Virus record (IMG/VR): IMGVR_UViG_3300023174_005338
Coordinates: 248,001 to 312,000 of that record
Length of the DNA stretch: 64,000 nt
Reading direction: 5' to 3' (one strand)
In this document: positions 19,123 to 29,409 of the stretch, piece by piece
Layout: every line of letters starts with the position of its first letter
Position numbering within the stretch: position 1 is the first letter of the stretch
Notes under the pieces: model-generated
Database searches by the model: none
Told to the model about the DNA's origin: nothing
Seen by the model: the letters and a program-made list of their open reading frames with translations, nothing else
Position numbers and translations under genes: made by a program

Positions 19123-20747
19123 TATGTTTCCTTGTTCATGTTTTGTGGTGCTTGTGTAGTAACGTTAGATCCAGTTTCCCCTACTTGATCAGCCATGGGC
19201 GGTGATGTTCCTGCTAAACCTGCGGCAAAATCTATGTCGCCCGAACTGCTAGGAGGTCCCGGAGGAGACGCTGGTTGTGGAGACGGAATAGCATTGCCAC
19301 CTGAGGTACCTGTTGGATCATATAGATCACCATACTCGTTTTGTCTGAGGTTTGACACAGCGCCGGTTTCGTCACGTACTTCGTAGCCCAGAGATGCATC
19401 GTCGATCCTTTCGTTGCCGGTGCGCGAAGACTCGCGTGAATTTGTGGCCGCAGTAACCTGGGTGGGTCTACTGTTGGTGGCTGGTGGCGCATTTGTGGTA
19501 GGTGGTTGCAGTGCCCCTACTAGTTCCTGTGTGAACTGCCCTTTGCTGAAAACATTTTTACAACTCTTGGCCTGGAATCTGAATGTTTCTTGCGGTGCAC
19601 CAGTGCTACTATTGGTATTCATGATGCCAGTGTTGAAGTCATAGTCGGTGGGGCGATTGAAACTCACTGAGTATGTGACCTGTTGGCTGTCGTAGTTGAT
19701 GGCACCGTCTGAGTTGAAAGCACTGAACTCAAAGTTTTTTGCACTGACTCCGTAGGCCACTTCGCCTTGTTGCATCCAGGCAGGATCGCCCAGGATCCGC
19801 ATGCGTACTTCGGCAAAGTCGGCTATGCTGTATAAAAATGCCGCGGCACTGTCGGCTGCTGCATTGGTATAGTTGGCCTGGCCTTGAGTGCGTTGCTCGC
19901 TGGTGGCCAGCACGGCCTGCTTCATTTGATCACGCCCAGTGGGTGGTGCGGAAGCCAGACCACTGGAACTCTGTGTGACTGTGGTATAATAGGCCTGATT
20001 GTACTCTTGTTCATAGCTAAGGATCTGTGTGTTCAAGCCAGTGAACCAGTAGTCATAGGCCTTGTGTGGACCAAGATACTTGCTGTCATTGAAATAAATG
20101 CTGCACATTTGATTTATTTTGTAAGCACTGATCAGGAAAGTGATGCGGTACGCATGATCTCGACGGAATGTATCGTACTTGAGTTGTTGAGCGCCAACAC
20201 TGATCTTGTACCAGGCCGTGACGCCACCTGGATTGGCTTTTTGATTTTTTTCATTTGTTCCATCGTCCTCAACAGTGACTTTGGCCTGATCTGTGATGTA
20301 ACTGCTGCTGCGCATGATCTGATCAATCAGTTGCACTATCTGTGTGCCGGCCAAGATTGACCAGGTCTGACTGTTGACATTGACCGAATCTGTGTTGTTG
20401 TCAAGTTTGTCTGCGGCTGTTCTTATGTTTTTGGCCGCGGTGTTCTTGTAGTTCACTGGTTGAGCAGGTGGCACCACTTTGGAAGTACCGATCTCTGGAG
20501 GGCTGAACTCAAACACATACTCATCGGCCACATAACCAGGATGCTGTTTTTCTAGATCTTTTTGATGCTTGTTGAGTGCGTCGGCCAGCCCGGTGAACAG
20601 ATTGCTCTGTCCCTTGGTTGGAGCATCTGTGGCCTTGGGCGGCGCTGCTGAAGGAGCCGTAGATTCTGTGTAGCCTCTTACTGTTGCTCCAGTGGCCTCG
20701 GACACTGCCTGGGATCCGCCAAATTCTAGATCAAATGTGTTGGCCAT
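19122..20747 (-). CDS. Putative baseplate hub protein, C-terminal-type part
   Basis: 541 aa with MRILGDPAW and CKNVFSKGQFTQEL motifs seen in hub-like proteins; immediately upstream of the spike gene. Confidence 0.5.
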   Translation of the reverse strand: MANTFDLEFGGSQAVSEATGATVRGYTESTAPSAAPPKATDAPTKGQSNLFTGLADALNKHQKDLEKQHPGYVADEYVFEFSPPEIGTSKVVPPAQPVNYKNTAAKNIRTAADKLDNNTDSVNVNSQTWSILAGTQIVQLIDQIMRSSSYITDQAKVTVEDDGTNEKNQKANPGGVTAWYKISVGAQQLKYDTFRRDHAYRITFLISAYKINQMCSIYFNDSKYLGPHKAYDYWFTGLNTQILSYEQEYNQAYYTTVTQSSSGLASAPPTGRDQMKQAVLATSEQRTQGQANYTNAAADSAAAFLYSIADFAEVRMRILGDPAWMQQGEVAYGVSAKNFEFSAFNSDGAINYDSQQVTYSVSFNRPTDYDFNTGIMNTNSSTGAPQETFRFQAKSCKNVFSKGQFTQELVGALQPPTTNAPPATNSRPTQVTAATNSRESSRTGNERIDDASLGYEVRDETGAVSNLRQNEYGDLYDPTGTSGGNAIPSPQPASPPGPPSSSGDIDFAAGLAGTSPPMADQVGETGSNVTTQAPQNMNKET

Positions 20748-20749
20748 GA

Positions 20750-22078
20750 TTATGGAGCCACTATATTGAAGGGACTGGTTGTGTCACCAGTGAAATTGCC
20801 GTTTTGGTCAACCTGTGCTCGTGCTTGATCTTGTGCAATTCCGGAATTGATCAAGTTGTCTATGTTGGCCGGCTGTGGTTGAGTTTGTCGGCCATCATCG
20901 CGGCGATTGTTTACGGCCAATGGACCTCCTTGCAACAGTTGGCTGACCGTGGTTCCGGCCAACTCAAAAGCAAATGGTATGGTACCACGTGCCTGTGCTG
21001 TGCCAGTGTCATAGGGCACTGGGCTGGCTACCACGTGGTATTCAACTTGATTGGCCACTGTGCGGAACATGATATTTCTAAGCAAAAATGGATAGTATTT
21101 TCTTATTGTGGCCTGTGCACCGGTGCCACTGCTGCCCTTGATTGGTGCGGCCAGGTTGCCCTGGCTGTCGTAGCCGTAGAACTCTATGGTAAGACAGTAT
21201 TGTGCGGCTGCATAGTTGGGCACAGCACGGCTGGTCTGATTGGCTGACACCTGGGCTCCGGCGGCTACCGAAGCAGTGGGAGCAGGATTCTTGTAGGCAA
21301 AACTCACTGCATCAAACAGCCGTTGGATCAAGGTCAGTCCATTGGGTTCTACGACCTTGAATCTGATCTCCATGGCATTGGTGCTCATGTTGGTACCTTT
21401 GCCCATGAGAAAGCTTTCAATTTCAAGATCGTCAAAATAAAAATCATCAGGAAAAAACTGGCTCCGGCCGGCTATGGGGGCACCGCCACTTTGAATCAAC
21501 AAGGTCCAATTGCCAGTGCCCGGAGCTGGTGCCCGTCGTCCGGCTGCACCCAGATTGTTGTACTGTTCGGGTGTGAGCAACCACCATGAAATCGCATAGG
21601 TATAACTGGCATACTGATCTAGTTCATTGGGTCTAGGCGAGATAATCTGTGCGGCAAAGGCCGTGTTGATGGCCTGTTGCGTGGTGCTGCGCGATGCTGG
21701 AGGAGTATTATCGGGTCCGCGACTATCGAATGCATTGGAACTGGTCCCAGCACCCACACCACCTGATGTGGGAGCCTGTGTGGGGCCATCATCTCTGGCG
21801 TTAGGGGCTGGTGTGCTTTGACTTTGACCAGTGGTGACAGTGGGGCTGGCCAAATCAGAGTTAGCATATTGCTCTCTGAGATTTGTTAACTGATCAATCG
21901 TTGATTGATTTTCTGTAGAAAGTTGTACCGCTTCGTCCTGAAGTTGATCTGCCAGTTGAGTATTGCCGGATTCTCTGGCAGCTTTGCTTTGAGCCAATAG
22001 CTCCTGCGCTCTTGCATTGGTTGCCTGTGCTTGTTGCAGAAGATCCTGATACCCGGGTATAGCACTAAGACTGGTCAT
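20750..22078 (-). CDS. Putative baseplate hub-associated protein, N-terminal-type part
   Basis: 442 aa; PRPNELDQYASYTY…DFYFDDLEIES…IRFKVVEPNGLTL…YCLTIEFYGYD; baseplate operon context. Confidence 0.5.
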   Translation of the reverse strand: MTSLSAIPGYQDLLQQAQATNARAQELLAQSKAARESGNTQLADQLQDEAVQLSTENQSTIDQLTNLREQYANSDLASPTVTTGQSQSTPAPNARDDGPTQAPTSGGVGAGTSSNAFDSRGPDNTPPASRSTTQQAINTAFAAQIISPRPNELDQYASYTYAISWWLLTPEQYNNLGAAGRRAPAPGTGNWTLLIQSGGAPIAGRSQFFPDDFYFDDLEIESFLMGKGTNMSTNAMEIRFKVVEPNGLTLIQRLFDAVSFAYKNPAPTASVAAGAQVSANQTSRAVPNYAAAQYCLTIEFYGYDSQGNLAAPIKGSSGTGAQATIRKYYPFLLRNIMFRTVANQVEYHVVASPVPYDTGTAQARGTIPFAFELAGTTVSQLLQGGPLAVNNRRDDGRQTQPQPANIDNLINSGIAQDQARAQVDQNGNFTGDTTSPFNIVAP

Positions 22079-22079
22079 G

Positions 22080-22379
22080 TCAGAATCCCAACACGGTTTT
22101 GAGTGTGCTCAATTTAGGCAGGTATATCACAGCGCCGGCTTCAAAGTCCATGGGCGGTGCAGTCAAGGTATTGGGATTGCGCTGATAAAACACCCACCAT
22201 AGACCGGCATCACTGTACAGGTCAAAGGCCAACAAGTCTGGTCGGTATTCATAAGTGGTATTGATGGTAAACAAGATGTCGTCGGCCGATCTCGGTATGG
22301 GTCTGTTGACCATGACATCCAAGAAGAACTGGCTGTAGCCAGTTTCAGCATAGGGGCTGGTTGCGTTGTAGTTGGCCAT
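22080..22379 (-). CDS. Baseplate wedge protein, gp53/LysM-like
   Basis: YEYRPDLLAFDLYSDAGLWWVF…NP motif; 99 aa. Confidence 0.75.
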   Translation of the reverse strand: MANYNATSPYAETGYSQFFLDVMVNRPIPRSADDILFTINTTYEYRPDLLAFDLYSDAGLWWVFYQRNPNTLTAPPMDFEAGAVIYLPKLSTLKTVLGF

Positions 22380-23524
22380 TACCAGAATCCTCCTTTTAAT
22401 AGATTGCCATTGGCAAAGTTTTTCAAGCTGAACTGTTTGCTGACCTGGCTACGACTCTGCACTGGCAACAGACTCAACTGTATGTCAATCTTGCTGGGCA
22501 CATAGGTAGGATTGCTCAGCAGGGCCTGCAGGGGAGCGGGTCTTTCATTTTCTGCACCACGTGGCAGGAAGGCCGAGGCTAATCTAGTGACCGTGGGTGC
22601 TACAGCATTGAGTGTGGTGCTGTACAAATTCTGCAGGGGTTGTAGATTCAGGCCCAGATTGTTGGGCGAACCCGAACTTATGTAGTCTACATCAGCCGGC
22701 AACACATAGTTGAACTGGCTGACCACGCAGGGATGATTGTTGAACTGATAGTCGCCCAGACCGCTGAGGTAAACCAAGGGCGGCGGACTTCCTCGATTTG
22801 CACCCTGGCCATAGAACATCTTGGTCACACTGCGGAAAAAGTGTATGACTGCCAGCACATAGGCCGCATCGGCGGTGCTCTGTGCTGTGAATGTGGCATT
22901 GAGTTGCAAGGTATCGGTATAGCTGTTCTGATAAAAGTAGCCACGATAGTTGCTGTGTGTGAGATTGTACTCGGAATAGTTGGCCTTGTAGGCCGTGGTT
23001 ATGCTGGGCGTGTAAGGGAATACCACACCATTGGTGGTTTTGAGTGGTTGCAACAGACCCGCATCGGATGCTGCATAAAGATAGTCGGCTCCGGGTGCCA
23101 AGCGTAACACCACACGCCAGTCGCTGTTGACCGGAAACTGTGCCAGAGCGCGATTGTTTGGTTGATTCCGAGCCTGGCGAACTTGGCTGCTGACGCCGCC
23201 CTGATTCAACGGCAACCCAGTTTCGTCATCTATCTCGGCTGCGCGATACAAGGCACCGTTTTTAAACGTGTTGCCCAAGCTGTCGGTAGTGAATTGATCT
23301 CCAGACTCTTCAGGTTCGTCACCGTAGCCCACTGCTGATGCCGGCGAGATGGGCGTTGCACTGGTGCGCACATCAGCGGTTGGCACTGCCAGCTCGTTTT
23401 GTTCACCGTAGGGACTGGTGGTAGGGTCTGCCTGCTCTTGTATGTCGTTGATGGGCACTGCTGGTGGTTCACCGGCGCCGGTCTGGGGATCTACATCGGG
23501 ATTGACTGGATTTGGATCTGCCAT
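22379..23524 (-). CDS. Baseplate tail-tube initiator/cap-like protein (gp48/gp54-like)
   Basis: GVVFPYTPSI…HFFRSVTKMFYG…GSPPPLVYLSGLGDYQFNNHPCVVSQFNY; first gene of the baseplate operon. Confidence 0.55.
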   Translation of the reverse strand: MADPNPVNPDVDPQTGAGEPPAVPINDIQEQADPTTSPYGEQNELAVPTADVRTSATPISPASAVGYGDEPEESGDQFTTDSLGNTFKNGALYRAAEIDDETGLPLNQGGVSSQVRQARNQPNNRALAQFPVNSDWRVVLRLAPGADYLYAASDAGLLQPLKTTNGVVFPYTPSITTAYKANYSEYNLTHSNYRGYFYQNSYTDTLQLNATFTAQSTADAAYVLAVIHFFRSVTKMFYGQGANRGSPPPLVYLSGLGDYQFNNHPCVVSQFNYVLPADVDYISSGSPNNLGLNLQPLQNLYSTTLNAVAPTVTRLASAFLPRGAENERPAPLQALLSNPTYVPSKIDIQLSLLPVQSRSQVSKQFSLKNFANGNLLKGGFW

Positions 23525-23582
23525 GTTTGTTTTCCTATCACATATTTACCGAGAAAATAAACCACCTATATTATGATTCAGG

Positions 23583-23615
23583 TTGACATGTTGGGTTTTT
23601 GTGCTACAATAAATA
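23583..23615 (+). promoter_or_regulatory. Sigma70-like promoter with an overlapping late TAAATA box, upstream of gp55
   Basis: TTGACA (23583-88), 16-nt spacer ending in TGC, TACAAT (23605-10); TAAATA at 23610-15; GGAG Shine-Dalgarno before the GTG at 23635. Confidence 0.6.
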
Positions 23616-23634
23616 ACTACCCAGGAGAATTTTA

Positions 23635-24537
23635 GTGTCAACCACACCCACAAGGACCCCAGCAAAAACCAACTATCTCAACAACAGAGATATCCTAAAA
23701 CAAATACACCTCAGCAAAAATAGCTACTGTACATACCTAGATCCAGTGACAGATCACCAGTATGACATCATCTTGCCCACAGTGGAACGAATCAATCAAA
23801 GAACCACAGCCGAGGCACGCAGAAACCGTGCTGAACGTATCAAGCGAGAAACTGGGCAGGTCATAGATCCCAAAAAAATCCCCAACACAGACTTGGTGTT
23901 CCGCATAACCTGCTGGGAACACATACCCATGGCGCCTAAAAAAGTGCCCAAGAGTTCGGCCAAGAAAAACAAAATTGAAGACATATTTGAACTGGACGTG
24001 TTGGAGGAAGACGATCCCTTGGCCGAGCTGATCGAAGAGCCTGTGCTGGATCCCAAACATGTGAGATTGAATTTTCCTCCGTTTTATCACTACCGCATAG
24101 ATAACAACAAACAACCGTACATCGTGGGCAAAAGCCACTGGAAGGGTGACCTGGAGCAGGGAGAGTTCAGCAAGGATCATGGCACCATGACCCGTACCTT
24201 GGCCACCATGTTTATCAAGCTGTGCGAACGCTATGCCACCCGATCAAACTGGCGTGGCTACACCTACAACGAGGAAATGCGTGGTCAGGCCTTACTACAG
24301 TTAAGCCAGATTGGCCTGCAGTTTGACGAGTCAAAAAGCCAAAATCCATTTGCTTATTACACCGCGGCCATTACCAACAGTTTCACACGTATCCTAAACT
24401 TGGAAAAGAAAAATCAAAACATCCGCGATGACATGTTGGAACAGGCCGGACTCAATCCATCATGGACTCGTCAGAATGCCGGTCGTAAGAATCCAGCACA
24501 GGCACCCGGAGAGGTTGTAATTGTCACAGAAGAATAG
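23635..24537 (+). CDS. gp55: Sigma factor for late transcription, gp55-like
   Basis: NYLNNRDIL N-terminus; LCERYATRSNWRGYTYNEEMRGQALLQL…FDESKSQNPFAYYTAAITNSFTRILNLEKK; upstream of gp47 as in T4-like phages. Confidence 0.85.
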   Translation: MSTTPTRTPAKTNYLNNRDILKQIHLSKNSYCTYLDPVTDHQYDIILPTVERINQRTTAEARRNRAERIKRETGQVIDPKKIPNTDLVFRITCWEHIPMAPKKVPKSSAKKNKIEDIFELDVLEEDDPLAELIEEPVLDPKHVRLNFPPFYHYRIDNNKQPYIVGKSHWKGDLEQGEFSKDHGTMTRTLATMFIKLCERYATRSNWRGYTYNEEMRGQALLQLSQIGLQFDESKSQNPFAYYTAAITNSFTRILNLEKKNQNIRDDMLEQAGLNPSWTRQNAGRKNPAQAPGEVVIVTEE

Positions 24538-24549
24538 TATACTAGCTGA

Positions 24550-25563
24550 ATGAGTCTATTCCGTAAAGTTGCTGTCTGCACCGATATACACTTTGGTCTC
24601 AAGTCCAACAGCCTACAACACAATCAAGATTGCAGTGATTTCATTGATTGGTTCATAGCCACAGCTCGAGCCAATGGTTGCGAGACCGGCATGTTCCTAG
24701 GCGACTGGAGCCATCAGCGTGCGGCCATTAACATGCAGACCTTGCAGTATAGCCTGCGTAGCTTGGAGAAGCTGAGTGCGGCATTTGACAGATTTTATTT
24801 TATTCCAGGCAACCATGATCTGTATTATCGTGACAAACGTGATATCTACAGCACAGAGTGGGCCCGTCACATACCCAACATCCAAATTGTTAATGATTGG
24901 TTCCAGGATGGCGACGTTGTGATCGCACCATGGCTGGTCGGGGACGATCACAAGCGTATCCCAAAACTCAAGGGTCAGTACATGTTTGGACACTTTGAAC
25001 TGCCACACTTCAAGATGAATGCCATGGTAGAAATGCCCGATCACGGTGACATACAGGTAGATCACTTTGGTGGGTTCGAACGTGTGTTCAGCGGACACTT
25101 CCACTTGAGACAGCAAAAGAAAAACATCAACTACATCGGCAACTGCTTTCCGCACAACTATGCCGATGCCGGTGATTCAGCACGTGGCATGATGACTCTG
25201 ACGTGGGGTCAAGAACCTGTGTTCCATGCCTGGCCCGGGCAACCTCTTTACAAGGTGCTGAAACTCAGCCAGGTCATAGATTCAGCTCCGTCATTGTTGG
25301 CCGCCAACATGCATGTGCGTGTGGAACTGGACATTGATATTTCGTATGAAGAAGCCAATTTCATCAAAGACACCTTTGTCAAGGATTACGATCTCAGAGA
25401 GATGGCCTTGATTCCAGTAAAGAGCACCGCAGTAGATGCCGACATGGCGCCCGGAGAAGTCAAATTCGAAAGTGTGGATCAGATTGTAACCGATCAGATC
25501 ACCAACATTGAAAGCGAATTCTATGATCCTAAATTATTGTTGAGGATATATCAATCCTTATAA
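24550..25563 (+). CDS. gp47: Recombination endonuclease subunit (Mre11/SbcD-like)
   Basis: Metallophosphoesterase motifs DIHFG, FLGDW, PGNHD, GHFE, SGHFH. Confidence 0.9.
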   Translation: MSLFRKVAVCTDIHFGLKSNSLQHNQDCSDFIDWFIATARANGCETGMFLGDWSHQRAAINMQTLQYSLRSLEKLSAAFDRFYFIPGNHDLYYRDKRDIYSTEWARHIPNIQIVNDWFQDGDVVIAPWLVGDDHKRIPKLKGQYMFGHFELPHFKMNAMVEMPDHGDIQVDHFGGFERVFSGHFHLRQQKKNINYIGNCFPHNYADAGDSARGMMTLTWGQEPVFHAWPGQPLYKVLKLSQVIDSAPSLLAANMHVRVELDIDISYEEANFIKDTFVKDYDLREMALIPVKSTAVDADMAPGEVKFESVDQIVTDQITNIESEFYDPKLLLRIYQSL

Positions 25564-25566
25564 ATA
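25559..25566 (+). promoter_or_regulatory. T4-type late promoter TATAAATA at the start of the inserted cassette
   Basis: Exact TATAAATA overlapping the gp47 stop codon, 38 nt upstream of the ATG at 25605. Confidence 0.45.
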
Positions 25567-25604
25567 TTGGATTGTTGTAGCATCTTACATTTATTTTCAT
25601 TACT

Positions 25605-27131
25605 ATGAGTCAACAAGTTCTCTCTCGGCATCTTTTGTGTCCCGATTTGAAATTTTATCAACACAATTTCGACACCAACCAAACTGCGGTCTTTGACTAC
25701 GACCAGTTCAGCCGCATGGTAGATTATTGGAAATTTATGTTGGTTGAAAAATACAATGTTCAACACGGGCAAACCGTGATGATTGAATTTAATCTCACCA
25801 ACATATACTATTTTACAGCTATTTTTGCGGCCTGGGAACTGGGTCTCGTGCTCATAGTTGATTGGATTCATGCGTACAGCGAACAGGAATGTCACGGAAA
25901 AAGTTTTACCATACACGGACAAATAGATCACGCCATAGTTTACAGTGAACAACTAAATCCCAACAACAAGAAATTTTATCTAGAATGGGATGTGTATCGC
26001 ACTCGTTTACACTGTCGTAATGTCATAACCGAAATAGATTTTAATAATTATGAAATTAAGGATCACAGTAAATTTGCGGAAATAGCTGAAACCGTTTACG
26101 CCAGGCCTGACAGCCAGGCCATTTGGACCGCAACCAGTGGTAGCACAGGCGATCCTAAACAACAACGCATAGACCACAGATCAGTGTTTCTACAGGCCAA
26201 ACGATTAATCAATCACCTGAATTTTAAACCAGAGCAATCGGTACTTCATACTCACAATGTGCATCACGGTGCTAGTGCTTGCTATCATTTTTTACCCAGT
26301 CTGATGACTTCTACCAACCATTATGTTATGAATTACGAGCATTGGAACGACACTCACAACAAACAATTGGCAGACTTTATTGAAAGTAGAAAGATAAACA
26401 AAATATTTTTGTACACGCCCGACAAGATCTTGGCTTATCTAAACTCTACTGATCCACTCCAGCATGAAGTAGAAATTACTACCTTGTATTTTTGCACCAA
26501 AGAAATTGTAAATTTAGCCAAAGAAAAAAATATCAAAGGCATTTATAGTGTGTTTGGTGACACAACCATTGCCTATGGGTTTTTGGTCAAGGTCGTAGAT
26601 TTGCAACAGTCGTTAAACACTTATGAACCCAGTTGTATAGGACCGCAACTAGACGATTTTTTTGATTTCAAGATTCAAGATGGTCATCTTTACATTCGAA
26701 GCAGTGGCTTAGGCAAAACAGAGTGGCAGACCAGTAAAGACAATTTTGAACTGAAAGATAACAAATATTATTTCCTAGGGCGCGGAACCGATTACCGCAT
26801 CAACGATGAATGGATCAATCACAACGAAATTGAAAGCAGGATCAATGAACTGTTTACTATCGATCAAAAAGAAGGTGCTACCATAGTAATTGACAACGAA
26901 GAACAACAGGTTTATTTGGCTATATGGATTGAAAATCCGCAAGCCGAACTTGAATTTGATCGTTGGTTAGCACAACGTTATAAAACTGTGACTATCACAA
27001 AACGAGCACGAGACTTAAACAAAAACGAATTCCTAGGGTCGAGAAAAGTCAGTCGGCAACTATTAAAGGAATACTTTAGATCCAAAGTCCAACGAATTTA
27101 CAGTTTCACTGATCCTTGGATATTATCTTAA
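25605..27131 (+). CDS. Divergent adenylate-forming (ANL / AMP-binding) enzyme
   Basis: A3-like loop WTATSGSTGDPKQQ; A7/A8-like WQTSKDNFELKDNKYYFLGRGTDYRINDE; A10-like SRKVSRQLL; 508 aa. Confidence 0.7.
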   Translation: MSQQVLSRHLLCPDLKFYQHNFDTNQTAVFDYDQFSRMVDYWKFMLVEKYNVQHGQTVMIEFNLTNIYYFTAIFAAWELGLVLIVDWIHAYSEQECHGKSFTIHGQIDHAIVYSEQLNPNNKKFYLEWDVYRTRLHCRNVITEIDFNNYEIKDHSKFAEIAETVYARPDSQAIWTATSGSTGDPKQQRIDHRSVFLQAKRLINHLNFKPEQSVLHTHNVHHGASACYHFLPSLMTSTNHYVMNYEHWNDTHNKQLADFIESRKINKIFLYTPDKILAYLNSTDPLQHEVEITTLYFCTKEIVNLAKEKNIKGIYSVFGDTTIAYGFLVKVVDLQQSLNTYEPSCIGPQLDDFFDFKIQDGHLYIRSSGLGKTEWQTSKDNFELKDNKYYFLGRGTDYRINDEWINHNEIESRINELFTIDQKEGATIVIDNEEQQVYLAIWIENPQAELEFDRWLAQRYKTVTITKRARDLNKNEFLGSRKVSRQLLKEYFRSKVQRIYSFTDPWILS

Positions 27132-27166
27132 AATTATGAATACATTTGTTATCAAGGAAATTTAAA

Positions 27167-28144
27167 ATGACATTTATTACCAAAATTTTTGACGGCTCAC
27201 AATCAGTAATAAAATTGTTGCTTGCAATTTTGTTGACGTGGGCAATTCCATCGTGGTCTGCAACATATCCATCGAAACCAGTGAAAATTATCATCAGCTT
27301 GCCGATAGGCAGTGGTCCAGATGCACAATTACGACGGGTGGCAGAAATACTGTCAGAAAAATGGAACCAACCTGTGGTTGTAGAAAATCGACCCGGAGCA
27401 TCTGGAATAGTGGCCATGAATCAAGTGGTAAATGAACCTGCCGATGGATATACATTAGGACTGTTTCACATGGGAGATATTGTGCCATTTCCTATTTTAT
27501 ACAACAACAACAAAGCTCTAGACAACCTAGTAGTACTGGCTCCATTTTTTACAGCAGACATGGCATTGTTTGTTAGCACCGGTGTTAAAAATCTTGAAGA
27601 GCTCAAACAACTTTTAAAAAGAAATCCCAATTATGGTTCCTGGGGAATAGGAAGCATACAGCATGTTGTCGGTGCAGAGTTTGTTAGTTTGTATGTTGAT
27701 AATGCCACCCATATTCCTTATCGAGACGGTAACTTGTTCACCGATGTAAGCACCAAAACATTGAGCTTTGGTTTTACTAGTCTGGGGTCTGGCAATGCTA
27801 TGTATCGTGCTAACAAGATTCATTATTTGGCCATTGCTACTGACCAACGGCACAAACAATTTCCTGATGTCCCGACTATTAGAGAACTAACTGGTAAAAA
27901 AATTGTGGCTCAGAGCTGGCTAGCATTCTTCGTAAAAAAAGGAATTCCTGATCCAGTCCGTCAACAAATAGAAAAAGATCTACGTGTAGCTATTGCAGAT
28001 CAAAGAATGCAAGATTTTTTACTTGAAAATTATTTTATACCTCTCAACAACACAAGTTTAAATCAGTTTGTAAAACAAATTGAGCACGAACGTTCGGTTT
28101 ACAAAAACAATCTTCAACGACACAAAATCAGTCTTACGCAATGA
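27167..28144 (+). CDS. Bug/TctC-family tripartite tricarboxylate transporter substrate-binding protein
   Basis: Signal-peptide-like N-terminus, then YPSKPVKIII…QPVVVENRPGASG…ADGYTL and …FPDVPTIRE…W signature. ATG at 27167 has an AAGGA Shine-Dalgarno, preferred over the TTG at 27146. Confidence 0.88.
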   Translation: MTFITKIFDGSQSVIKLLLAILLTWAIPSWSATYPSKPVKIIISLPIGSGPDAQLRRVAEILSEKWNQPVVVENRPGASGIVAMNQVVNEPADGYTLGLFHMGDIVPFPILYNNNKALDNLVVLAPFFTADMALFVSTGVKNLEELKQLLKRNPNYGSWGIGSIQHVVGAEFVSLYVDNATHIPYRDGNLFTDVSTKTLSFGFTSLGSGNAMYRANKIHYLAIATDQRHKQFPDVPTIRELTGKKIVAQSWLAFFVKKGIPDPVRQQIEKDLRVAIADQRMQDFLLENYFIPLNNTSLNQFVKQIEHERSVYKNNLQRHKISLTQ

Positions 28145-29409
28145 CCCATTACTGGCCCGATCAAAACACCAGCAGAATTCCCTATTGGGCCTATACCGAC
28201 ACTGATGTATATCAGCAAGAATTACAAAAAATTTGGTATGGACCGCATTGGTGTTATGTTGGGCTTGAATGCGAAATACCCAACACGAATGATTTCAAAC
28301 TCGGCTGGGTAGGAGAGCGCGAAGTAATAGTTACTAGAGATCTAGATGGCATCCATGTGGTAGAAAATCGGTGCGCTCACAGAGGTGTTCGTTTTTGTCA
28401 AAAACAAACAGGAAATACCGAGAAATTTGTGTGTGCATATCATCAATGGAGGTACAATCTCAAGGGAGATCTTGTCAGTGTACCTTTTGAAAAAGGCGCA
28501 CCCAAAAATGGAGAAATCTGTGGAGGCATGCCAGATAATTTTGACAAGCATAATCATGGGCTGGTAAAATTGCATGTGGCTGTTTTGCACGGAGTGATAT
28601 TTGCCACGTTTGATGACAGTGTGTGTGGCATAGAACAATATTTAGGACCCGAAATACTGCCTTGGTTTGAAAGAACATTCAAAGGTCGGACACTGAAATT
28701 GCTAGGACATAATCGTCAAGAAATCAAAGGCAATTGGAAATTGATGATGGAAAACATCAAAGATCCTTATCACCCTGGTTTATTGCACACATGGTTTGTG
28801 ACTTTTGGTTTGTTCAGGGCCGATCAATCCACAAGCAGAATGGTCATTGACAAAGAAGGACGTCATGCAGTCATGTTGAATCGTCGCAATCGTGGAATAG
28901 CCAACGAAGTAACCAAAGGAGTTGAATCGTTCAAGCCCAAAATGCAGTTGAACGATACTAGATTATTAGACATAGTCGAAGAGCCATGGTGGACTGTGCC
29001 AGACCCCAATGACCCCAAACAACCCATCAACCCTACAAACTGCATGCAAACAATTTTTCCTAGCCTGATAATTCAACAACAGATCAACAGCATGAGCACA
29101 CGACATATTGTGCCTCGCGGTCCCGGGTGTTTTGAATTTACCTGGACCCATTTTGCTTTTTCAGACGACTCAGAGGACATGATTCAACGCAGACTTAGAC
29201 AAGCAAATCTTTTTGGACCAGCCGGATTTGTCAGCGCCGACGATGGTGAAGTGTTGGAGTTATCACAGCAAGGTTTTAATCAATGGCGCACAGATGGAGA
29301 ATTACTGGTAGAATTAGGTGGGCCAGATTCTGGACAAACTACCGAGCACATGGTCACAGAAACTCTGATCAGGGGCATGTATAGATACTACAGAAAAATA
29401 ATGGCATGA
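28141..29409 (+). CDS. nagG: Rieske aromatic ring-hydroxylating oxygenase alpha subunit, salicylate 5-hydroxylase large subunit-like
   Basis: Rieske ligands CAH…CAYH; mononuclear-Fe region ENIKDPYHPGLLHTWF and QANLFGPAGFVSADDGEV; SRIPYWAYT start and HMVTETLIRGMY end match NagG as I recall it. Confidence 0.88.
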   Translation: MTHYWPDQNTSRIPYWAYTDTDVYQQELQKIWYGPHWCYVGLECEIPNTNDFKLGWVGEREVIVTRDLDGIHVVENRCAHRGVRFCQKQTGNTEKFVCAYHQWRYNLKGDLVSVPFEKGAPKNGEICGGMPDNFDKHNHGLVKLHVAVLHGVIFATFDDSVCGIEQYLGPEILPWFERTFKGRTLKLLGHNRQEIKGNWKLMMENIKDPYHPGLLHTWFVTFGLFRADQSTSRMVIDKEGRHAVMLNRRNRGIANEVTKGVESFKPKMQLNDTRLLDIVEEPWWTVPDPNDPKQPINPTNCMQTIFPSLIIQQQINSMSTRHIVPRGPGCFEFTWTHFAFSDDSEDMIQRRLRQANLFGPAGFVSADDGEVLELSQQGFNQWRTDGELLVELGGPDSGQTTEHMVTETLIRGMYRYYRKIMA

